Positions 10,367 through 18,897 of a stretch of DNA of 32,000 nucleotides are shown in pieces. The notes beneath the pieces were generated by a model that saw only the letters and a program-made list of their open reading frames with translations, was not told the origin of the DNA and did no database searches. Within the stretch, counting starts at the first letter, position 1, and each line of letters opens with the position of its first letter. A program made the translations under genes and the position numbers. Source of the DNA: Mycoplasma mycoides subsp. capri (GTDB taxonomy: Bacteria > Bacillota_I > Bacilli_A > Mycoplasmatales > Mycoplasmataceae). Location of the stretch: contig NZ_CP065581.1 of the NCBI RefSeq assembly GCF_018389705.1, positions 990,001 to 1,022,000 on the forward strand, given 5' to 3'.

Positions 10367-13024
10367 TTAAATTCAATTTTTAAAAATAATTAAATAGATT
10401 TTTTTAATTATTTCACTAATTATTCAAGCTAATATTTCTAAACCAAGCAATATTAAAAACCATCAAGATAAATTGATATTATTAAAATTACCAATCATCA
10501 TTTTAAACCCTAAACTATTAAAACTACTACTTATAAATACAATCATAAAACAAACTATACTAAAAAATAACATTGAAATTAACATTTGTTTTGATGCTAT
10601 TGATTTAAAAAATGATAATTTATCAGTTCTTAAAACTAAAATAATCATAATATGAGTTAATATACACTCAATAAAATAACAAGTTTGAAATAATTCAATT
10701 GAATAAGCATCTAAACCTTTTATATTAAACCCAAAATATAAAATCACAAAGTTAGTAAAACTAATAATTACTTGTGTTAATCCATTAAATATAGCAAAAG
10801 GAATAATTGATTTAATATTTCATTTTTGCGGCTTTTTAATAGATGATTCATCAACATTATCAAATACAAAAACTAAATTAGCAAAATCAAAAATTAAATT
10901 TTGAATAAGTAATTGAATTGGTGACATTACTTCAAATTTAAATAAAATTGTAGCTAATAATAAAGTTAATAAAATTCCAAAATTAGAAGCAACAGTTATT
11001 TTAATATATTTAATAGCGTTACTAAAAGTTTTTCTTCCAATAATAAAAGCGTGCTCTAAAGCGTTTAAATCTTTTTCTAATAAAATAACATCTGCAGATT
11101 GTTTTGCTAAACTTGAAGCATTATTTACTGAAATACCAACATCAGCTTTTTTTAAAGCAACTGCATCATTAACTCCATCACCTAAAAAACCAACAACATT
11201 ATTAGATTTTAAACTATCTATGATTTTTGCTTTATCTAGTGGAGAAAGTTTATAAAAAATATTAACTGATTGACTTATTTTTATTAACTCTTCTTTAGTT
11301 AAATTATTGATTTGTTTTCCAATTAAATTAGTATTTGAATTAATCCCTACTTGATCACATACATTTTTACAAGTATATAAATTATCACCACTTAAAACTT
11401 TAATATCAATATCATAAGCTTTAAAAGTATCTATTACTTGTTTTACATTCTCTCTAATTTGATCACTAAAAACTACCATTCCTAAATATATTAAATTTTT
11501 ATTATCAATAACATCTGAATTTTTATAACTTAAAACTAGTACTTTATAACCTTTTTTAGTATAACTATTAACTTGATCAATTATCATATTTTTATAATTG
11601 TCACAAAGATTAATAACTTGATTATTAACATTAATAAAACTAGTAATTTCTAATATTTCTTCTAAACTACCTTTAGTAATTAAAAGATTAGAGTTATTAA
11701 AATTAATCAAAACTGATGAAATTCTAAAATTATGATCAAAACTTAAATGATCAATTAATTTAATATCACTAATATTTGTTTTAAACTGATCAATGATTGC
11801 TTTATCAATAGTGTCAAACAAATTATTTTGAAAATAAGCATTATAAAAAAAGTATTGCTTTAAAAGCTTATTTTTTTGATTATTAATATCTAAATATGTT
11901 TCAATATTAGTTGTATCTAAAGTTAAAGTCCCAGTTTTATCAGTTGCTAAAATATTAACTGACCCAATGTTTTGTAATACAGAAAGCTTTTTAATAACAA
12001 CTTTGTTTTTAGATAATCTTTTTGAAGCTAGTTTTAAATTAGAAGAAATAATAGCAGGCAAAGCTTCAGGAGTTAGTGAAACTGCTATAGATAATCCAAA
12101 AACTAAACTTGAAGTTCAATTACTAAATCCACTTTTTAATAAAGAAATAAAAGTAATAATAAATACTAAAATAGAAATTAAATAAATTAAAATTTTAGTA
12201 ACTTTATTAATTCCTTTTTCATAATCAGTAATTATTTCATCATCAATTAAATCTAATAAAGAATTTGAATAATTATCTTTATTTATATTAATAACTACAG
12301 CTAAACAATTACCTGAAACTATTAAAGTTTCTTTAAATAAAATATTTTCTAGTTCTAAAAAATTAGTTTTAGTGTTAGTAGTTTGTTTTTTGATTGCTTT
12401 AGATTCACCAGTTAAAGTAGATTCATCTAAATAAAGATCTTCTGATCAAATAATTCTACAATCACTTGGAATAATATCTCCTTTTGATAAATAAACAACA
12501 TCACCAATTGTTAAATTAGATTGCTTTTCTTTTATTAAATTATTTTTAATATTTTGATAGTTTAAATTATTAAAATCTTTTATTTGATCATTAACTACAA
12601 ATACATCATTTTCTATTATTTTAGTTAATTTTAAATTAAATTTATAAGCTTTATATTCTTGAATAAAATCAACAATACTAGCTAAAAAAATCATAAAAAA
12701 GATAATAAAAGCAGATATTAAAGTAATTCAATTTCTTTGAAATAAAAAATAAATAATCAATTCTAATATACCAATAAACAATAATAATAAATTAAATGGT
12801 TCTATCAAAGTTTCTAGTATTTTTTTAAATATTAAAAACTTTTTAACAACAATTTGATTAGAACCAAATTTTGAAATATTGTTTTGTCTTGTTTGATTAT
12901 TTAGCCCTATTTTTGAATCTAAAACACTTTCTAAGTTATTAGAATTAGTATTAGATAATTTAATTACATAATCTTGTTTTTTATAATCTAAAGATTTTAA
13001 ATTACCTTTTTTTGTTTTAAACAT
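10367..13024 (-). CDS. mgtA: Mg2+-importing-type P-type ATPase
   Basis: Four track pieces (10463..10747, 10820..12061, 12446..12694, 12728..13024) share one frame. I checked 12062-12445 by hand and found only TGA interruptions. Motifs LTGES, DKTGTLT and GDGVNDAVALKKADVGI are present. TAA at 10367-10369. 885 aa. Confidence 0.9.
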
Positions 13025-13065
13025 ATATGCCTTTCAATACAATAATAATTATATATTAAAAATAG

Positions 13066-13103
13066 AGCAAATAAAAAATGGCAATTATATACTTGCCATT
13101 TTT
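13066..13103 (-). terminator. Rho-independent terminator of the HU-like gene
   Basis: AAAATGGCAA (13075-13084) pairs with TTGCCATTTT (13093-13102). A U-rich tract follows on the minus transcript. Confidence 0.6.
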
Positions 13104-13107
13104 GCCC

Positions 13108-14040
13108 TTATTCATTCATTTTTTCTTTAACAGATTTTGATAATTTAAATTTAACAACTTTATGTGCAGGAACTTCGATTTGTTCTTGTGTTAAAGGATT
13201 CATCTTCATTTGAGCTTCTTTTTCAACTGTTTCAAATTTACCAAATTTTGCTAAAACAACATGATCACCAGCAACTAAGTTTTTGCTTGCTACAATAAAT
13301 GCTTTATCAAAGATTGTTTTAATTGAAACTTTAGTCATTTCAATGAATTCAGGATCTTCATAAAGTTCGTCAAGTAACATACCTTTTGTAACTTGTGGGT
13401 AAGTTTTTTTCTTTTTACGTTTTTTAGCTGGTTTAGTTTCTGATTCAACCATAATTGGAGCAGGAACTACAACTGGTTCTGGTTCTGGTTTTGGTTCTGG
13501 TTTTGGTTCTGGTTTTGGTTCAGGCTCAACTACTGGTTCAGGTTCAGTCATCATTGGTTCTGGTTCAGTCATCATTGGTTCAGGTTCAACTACTGGTTCA
13601 GGTTCAGTCATTGGTAATTGTTCAACAACCATAACTTCTTCTTTTTTCATTGGTTGTTCTTCTGATTCAGTTTCAACAATTACATCACCTTCAGTTTTGA
13701 TTGTAATGTCTACTTTAGTTGTAGAATCTTCAACTTGAATAGTTTTTACTAAGTTTTTGTAGTATAAAATGTAAAAAATTAAAGAAACAATTAGTATTAG
13801 TGGTATTCAAGTGATGAATGCAATGTTACAAAATTCATCCAATCCAGGTCCTCATTTAACCGGTTTAGCTAATGTAACACCAAAACCAGTTAAAGCTGTC
13901 ATAAAGTCAGGACCAATTTTTCCTGTTCATTTACTTACATTAACTAGTTTTAAAATAAAGATGATAACAAAAGAAACAAAAAATAGGCCTAGAAATATTC
14001 TAGCTACAAGTAAGTGTTTACTTGATGGTTTTTTTGACAT
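13108..14040 (-). CDS. Membrane-anchored protein with Pro/Glu-rich repeat linker and C-terminal HU/IHF-fold domain
   Basis: The track ORF 13108..13650 extends upstream in frame through three TGA codons to the ATG at 14040 (alternative 14046), preceded by AAAAAGAG. Two hydrophobic helices are present (ARIFLGLFFVSFVIIFILKLV and IAFITWIPLILIVSLIFYILYY). They are followed by an acidic segment, EPEP/KPEP repeats and KKRKKKK. The C-terminus LAKFGKFETVEKEAQMKMNPLTQEQIEVPAHKVVKFKLSKSVKE aligns without gaps to the HU core GFGxFxV...NPxTGExIxIPAxxVxxFKxGKxLKD. 310 aa. Confidence 0.8.
13475..13612 (-). repeat. In-frame tandem repeats encoding (K/E)PEP and MMTEPEP/VVEPEP units
   Basis: ggttctggtttt occurs 3 times in tandem (PEPK). 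The ggttc(a/t)ggttcagtcatcatt and ggttcaggttcaactact units are each seen twice. Confidence 0.85.
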
Positions 14041-14258
14041 TTTCATATCTCTTTTTACTTCTTTCTATAGATTAAAGATTGCTATTTAATATAGCTGATC
14101 AGTACACATATATGAGTAGGTTTTGAAATGTTATTAAAAATAATACCTATAAAATAATTATATATTTTATTAATTTATGAATTTATTTAGCAGAGAAAAT
14201 TTCGTAATATAGGCTTAAAATTTGATAAAACAAGCGTTCATTTGTAATAAATAAATGT

Positions 14259-14298
14259 GTTCTTTTAAAATTGAGCTTTTAAAAGAACAACCTTTTTT
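14259..14298. other. Orphan perfect 12-bp hairpin with T-run (terminator-like, orientation ambiguous)
   Basis: GTTCTTTTAAAA (14259-14270) pairs with TTTTAAAAGAAC (14277-14288), followed by AACCTTTTTT on the plus strand. It lies in the 300-nt intergenic region, separate from the MFS terminator. Confidence 0.4.
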
Positions 14299-14310
14299 AA
14301 GCATTTAAAC

Positions 14311-14350
14311 AAAATAAAAAATTCCTAAGATCTTTTAGATCATTAGGAAT
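14311..14350 (-). terminator. Rho-independent terminator of the MFS gene
   Basis: ATTCCTAAGATC (14321-14332) pairs with GATCATTAGGAAT (14338-14350) with one bulge. It is flanked by A- and T-runs and starts 6 nt after the TAA at 14356-14358. Confidence 0.65.
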
Positions 14351-14355
14351 TTTTC

Positions 14356-15783
14356 TTATTTTATTTCTTTTTGTTTAGATTTAAAATTGGGAAAGGTTTT
14401 TGCATCATCTCGAGGCTCTTTTAACATTAATATTCCAACAAATGACAATAACGCCAGAAGAACAATTAATACTACTTGAATAATAGCTACACTTGCCTTT
14501 TTTTCTATTCCTAATAAAGGAATTGAAGAAACAATAATTAAAGAGAATGTAAAGAACATATATCCAAATCCTCAAATTAAACTAAACATTCAACCAATAG
14601 TTTTTGGATCTGCATCTTTATATTCATGTGGTAAGTTTAAAATAACTGCTTCTATTCCTCAAGTACAAAATCCTGATAAGAATCCTAAAATGTAAAATAA
14701 TGCTAATCAACCTTTATAATTACCTGAAAGTGATTTATTTTCTTGACTATAATTTGTAGCCAATCCAAATTTATAAACAATAATTGAAAGTATAAATAAT
14801 AAAATACCCATACCTGTAAGCGCTACAATATATCATCTTCTTTTTAAATTAAATCTTGATCATAAACCAACAATTACTGGTCCTACAGTTCCTGCAAATA
14901 AGAATAAAATTTGTCATATTCTTATCTCATTAGCTAAAGTATTAGATTCTAAACCAGAAATTCATGGAAATAATAATAAGCTTAATGATGTTGGAAATAC
15001 TGCAACAACTAATCAACCACCAAAAACTAATAATCAAGCATAAGTTGATTTAGTTTTTAAGTAGCCTTTTAATATTTTAAACCCATTAACTTTAGGTTCA
15101 TTTGAATCTTTTTTAACATCAAAATTAGTTCCTAAGAAAAGAACTGCAAGTAATGGTATTAAGTAAAGCAATGACATAATACCAAATACTAGTTTTCAAT
15201 TATTTTGTATATTTTGAACAGCTTCACTATTTCCAGCAATTACAAATGGAACTAAAGAAACAATTGAACCTAATGGAAAGAATGCAATTGCTATTTGAGA
15301 ATAAACAGGTTTTGCTTTTTTAGTAAAGAAGTTAGCAGCAACCGGTTGGAATAATATAGTTAACATAGTTCCACCAATTGCCATAACTGTTCTTAGAATT
15401 AAGAATAATACATAACCATATTTTTCACCTGGCATAAAAATTGCTGGTAATCCAAATAAAGTCATTACACAAGCAATTAATGTTGCTCTTTTATGTGCAA
15501 ATTTAACTAATAAAAAAGCAACAGCAACTGAACCAATACCTCTACCAAAAGTAATTGCTCAGTTAGCAGCTGTGTTTGTTAATTGGAATGATTGATCATT
15601 TACAATTTTAAAATAACCTAAAAATCCTGGTGAAGTAACACCATCTTTAATTCCTCCACCAGCTAACCCAATAGCAAAAGCTCAGTTAGCAATAAATAAT
15701 AGGTAGCCAAAACCAATAAAAGCTCATAAGATACTCCCATAAAGCATTTTATGATTTTGCGATCATTTTTCTACAGTTTTCAT
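14356..15783 (-). CDS. MFS-type transporter
   Basis: ATG at 15783 with a GAAAGGG RBS. I walked every in-frame codon from 14359 to 15783 by hand and found only TGA interruptions. About 12 hydrophobic segments. 475 aa. Substrate unknown. Confidence 0.8.
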
Positions 15784-15930
15784 ATACGCCCTTTCAAAAT
15801 TGATCTTTTATGCTTTCTCTTGTATTTTACAATATTTAAAGACTTAGAATTTAACACAAAAACTAAATTAAGTTATTTTTGACAATTTATCATATATTTT
15901 TATATAAAAAGTAGCATAAATACATAGCAA

Positions 15931-15957
15931 AATAAAAAAAGCAACCATATGGTTGCT
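15931..15957 (-). terminator. Rho-independent terminator
   Basis: Palindrome AGCAACCA-TA-TGGTTGCT (15940-15957). A U7 run follows on the minus transcript. Confidence 0.65.
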
Positions 15958-15987
15958 AAATTAATTTTTATAAATTTATCAAAATAA

Positions 15988-16632
15988 TTAAATTTCAACT
16001 AATTGATTAGATTTTTCTAACATTTTAATAAATTGTTCTATTACATAATCTTTATACTTTAAATTAATATCAGAAACACAGACTTTTTTAGTTATAGTTG
16101 GAGTATTAAAATTAATAGTTATATAATCACAATCCAAACCTTTAAGTTGATCTAATAAGTTCTTTTTTATCTGTAGATCTTCTATGTTCTTTTTTATATA
16201 ATTTTGATAGAAACGAACTGATTTTAAATTAGATTTATCTAAATAATTTTGAAAATATTTATCAACATCAATTATATTATTATGCATAGCAAAATCAGAT
16301 ATTTCATATTCTTGTCAAACATCATCATAAGTTAAAACTAATACATAAAATCTAATTAAAGCATCTATAAAAATTCATCCTAAAACATCTTTGTTTAAAA
16401 TAATTTCTAAAACTCTTTTTGTAATTCTTTTTTGATAACTATTTTTAATTAACATTAAATTAAATAATGTTTTTAATTGATTGTGATTAAAAAATGGTGA
16501 GGTTTTAAATTTATTATTTTCAAAATGTATTAGCTTTTTATAAATTTTTTCTACAGTTCAATTTGAATCTAAATATTTAATTAATTCATTGATTTGACTT
16601 TTATAATTTGTTTTAATTCAAGCTAGTGTCAT
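15988..16632 (-). CDS. Hypothetical soluble protein, 214 aa, no recognisable family
   Basis: ATG at 16632 preceded by AAGGAAAA, TAA at 15988-15990. The frame was checked by hand and has five internal TGA codons. It begins MTLAWIKTNYKSQINELIKYLDSNWTVEKIYKK. No TM segment and no motif I recognise. Confidence 0.7.
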
Positions 16633-16660
16633 TTTTGTTTTCCTTTATTTAAATTAAACA

Positions 16661-16690
16661 TAACAAAAAACAAGTTATAAAACTTGTTTT
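16661..16690 (-). terminator. Rho-independent terminator of asnA
   Basis: AAAACAAGTT (16667-16676) pairs with AACTTGTTTT (16681-16690). TTTTTTGTT follows on the minus transcript. It overlaps the asnA stop. Confidence 0.6.
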
Positions 16691-17669
16691 ACAATAAAAC
16701 TATTCCTTGTTTTTTTAACTCTTCTTTATATTGTTTTTCTCACACACTTACTTGTACTTCACCAATATGAGCTTTTTCTAATAAAAACATACTTAATCGG
16801 CTTTGACCAATTCCTCCACCAATAGTTAAAGGTAATTTATCATTAAGTACTTGATCGTGATATAAACCTAAATCAGAATCTGTTTTATTTAATATTTTAG
16901 TTTGTTCACTTAAACTTTTAGCATCAACTCTAATACCCATAGAACTAATTTCTAAAGCTTTATCATTAACTAGATCATAAAAAATTAAATCACCATTTAA
17001 ATTTCAATCATCATAATCAAATGCTCTTTTTGAATGAGGTTTTTTATCTGGTAAATCATAACCAATTTTATAAATAAATACAGCTTTATATTCTCTTGCA
17101 ACTTCATCTTCTCTTTGTTCAGCTGTTAAATTAGGATATTCATTATATAAATCTAAAGAATCAATAAATGTTAATTGTTTTGGTAACTTATCTACTAAAT
17201 CAGGATATTTAAAATTGATTTTGTGTTCAACATATCTAATCGAGTCATAAATTTTAGTAGCAATTTGTTTTAAAAATTCAAGATTTCTTTGTTCTTTACT
17301 TATAATCAATTCTCAATCTCATTGATCAACATATAATGAGTGTTTATAATCAACAACATCATCTTTTCTAATAGCATTCATATCTGCTCAAATACCTTCA
17401 CCAAAATTAAAGTTATATTTATCTAGTGCATAGCGTTTTCATTTAGCAAGTGAGTGAACTATTTCTAAGTCTTCTTTTCATTGATTAGGAGTAAATACAA
17501 CTGGAATATCACCATTTAATCCATCATTAATTTTAGATTCTGAAGTTACAAAAAGTGGAGCTGAAACTCTTGTTAAGTTTAAATTTTGTTTTAATTGCTT
17601 AGTTAGACCAAATTTAATATCTTGAATAGCTTGTTGAGTTTGTTTAATACTTAGTTTAGATTTATACAT
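16689..17669 (-). CDS. asnA: Aspartate--ammonia ligase (asparagine synthetase A)
   Basis: Three pieces are in one frame, joined by TGA. The C-terminus [32 protein letters not shown] matches the AsnA signature GGGIGQSRL...HIG.VQ..VW. RBS AAAAGGAGT. 326 aa. Confidence 0.9.
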
Positions 17670-17872
17670 AATACTCCTTTTTACATTAATAAAATTATAT
17701 TATTTTAAATTTAAATATTATAAAAACATAAACTTAAACTGCATTAAATACTAATATATGACATAGATTTACAAAAGAGTTTTAATAAATATTGTTTTAT
17801 AAGTTATTTATTTTTTAAAATTGGCTATTTTTTATTTTTATTTTCTAATACTAATATAGATAGGAAATAATT

Positions 17873-18634
17873 ATGAAAACTAAAAATACTAAATACATTA
17901 GCATATATTTAGATGAAAGTGGTTCAGGAAATTCACCTTTTTTTATTGTCGGAGGATTTTATTTATTAATTTTGATAGAAAACAAATATATATTCAAGAA
18001 GTTAATATATCAAAAAACATTGAATATATTGAGTCCCAAATAAAAAAGAACAACAAAAAAACAATAGATTTAAAAAAAAGAAATCAAATTTATAAATCTA
18101 ACATTTAAAAATAAAAGATTACTTTTCAGTAATATAAAGAATAATAATCAGGTTAATATTTCTATGTTATATGATTTAGTTAAATTTAAAAATGTAAATC
18201 AAAAACCCATATTAATTGATTATTTATACAATATAATGGTCTTTTTAATTCTTCAAAATATACTTTTTGATTTATTAAAACAAGATTTTATAAATTTAAA
18301 AGATGAGATTTCTATAAAAGTAAACATAGATCAAAGAAGAAACTATAAAAACTCTCTAACCAAATCTAATTCATTTAAAGAATTAAAGATGTATTTGAAC
18401 ACTAGGATGTATGAAAAATCTAAATTCATAAATATGAATAAAATAGAAGTTTTACAGTTTAATTCTAAGTTAGAACCAAATATTAGGTATGCAGATTATT
18501 ATGTGGGATTGTTATCATCGGTAAGAAGAATTTTAAAAAATCAAGCAAAAAGTTATGATTTTAAATCAGACAAACTATTATGTTTACTAAATAATAAAAT
18601 TAAACATATCGAATATAAAAATACCTTTTCTTAA
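17873..18634 (+). pseudogene. DUF3800-family gene disrupted by two compensating frameshifts
   Basis: The ATG at 17873 (RBS TAGGAAA) opens MKTKNTKYISIYLDESGSGNSPFFIVGGFY, a DUF3800-like N-terminal DESG motif, and this frame stops at 18041-18043. The sense continues in the -1-related frame (open 17902-18108). It returns to the original frame at the A8 run at 18072-18079 (open 18074-18634). The last part holds the track ORF 18164..18634 with SKLEPNIRYADYYVGLLS, resembling the C-terminal DUF3800 motif. Confidence 0.65.
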
Positions 18635-18678
18635 TATAATAAATAAATCACATTAATATATGAAAAAACACTTAAAAA

Positions 18679-18687
18679 TGATAATAT
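18679..18687 (+). promoter_or_regulatory. Candidate extended -10 promoter (TG-n-TAATAT) for the small RNA
   Basis: TG at 18679-18680 and TAATAT at 18682-18687, about 5-8 nt upstream of the start of the GC-rich block at 18692. No clear -35 element. Confidence 0.35.
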
Positions 18688-18691
18688 AAAA

Positions 18692-18864
18692 GTGTCACTT
18701 AAGACCAAAAACCCGAGGCACGTTCCTAAGCGTATGTGGATGACCACGAAATACGTTCGATTTTGGCAGCGGCGACAAGTGTTTACTTGTCTCAAAGTAA
18801 AAGAATTAATAATAAATTCTCAAAAAGCAACATCACAGACGTCTATGTTGCTTTTTGTTTTTTT
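18692..18864 (+). ncRNA. Structured small RNA of uncertain identity (possibly the U6-like MCS4-type RNA reported in Mycoplasma capricolum)
   Basis: I counted 48% G+C over 18692-18791 against a background of about 25%. Nested helices are CCAAAA (18705-10) with TTTTGG (18761-66), CGTATGTGG-ATGA-CCAC-GAA-ATACG (18731-55), GACAAGT-GTTT-ACTTGTC (18774-91) and AGAATT/AATTCT (18802-20). It has its own terminator. The 5' end is inferred, not mapped. Confidence 0.6.
18826..18864 (+). terminator. Rho-independent terminator of the small RNA
   Basis: AGCAACAT (18826-33) pairs with ATGTTGCT (18845-52), followed by TTTTTGTTTTTTT. Confidence 0.7.
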
Positions 18865-18870
18865 ATATAC

Positions 18871-18897
18871 AAAAAAAGAACTGCTATAGCAATTCTT
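18871..18897 (-). terminator. Rho-independent terminator of mnmG
   Basis: AAGAACTGC (18876-84) pairs with GCAATTCTT (18889-97) with one mismatch. A U7 run follows on the minus transcript. It overlaps the mnmG stop and is convergent with the sRNA terminator. Confidence 0.6.

Noticed and set aside
13025-13107. Mg2+ riboswitch (M-box) upstream of mgtA. I also considered a T-box leader upstream of asnA (17670-17872).
   Set aside because: The mgtA leader is only about 80 nt and is mostly occupied by the upstream terminator. The asnA upstream region is nearly pure A/T, with no conserved T-box (AGGGTGGNACCGCG-like) sequence or stable helices.
13441-13620. Short direct repeats as a possible CRISPR array
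   Set aside because: The units are 12-27 nt, contiguous and without spacers. They are in frame within a CDS, and there are no cas genes.
13811-14089. Plus-strand 92-aa ORF
   Set aside because: It is antisense to the N-terminal membrane-anchor region of the HU-like gene, which is continuous in frame under code 4. It has no RBS.
18692-18864. Identity of the sRNA as SRP (4.5S) RNA, tmRNA, RNase P RNA or 6S RNA
   Set aside because: It lacks the SRP domain IV motif (GGAA tetraloop with an AGCA-type loop). It lacks the tmRNA GGGG...CCA ends and tag ORF, and the RNase P GAGGAAAGUCC motif. It is too small for tmRNA or RNase P and shows no long 5'/3' closing stem with a central bubble as in 6S RNA.
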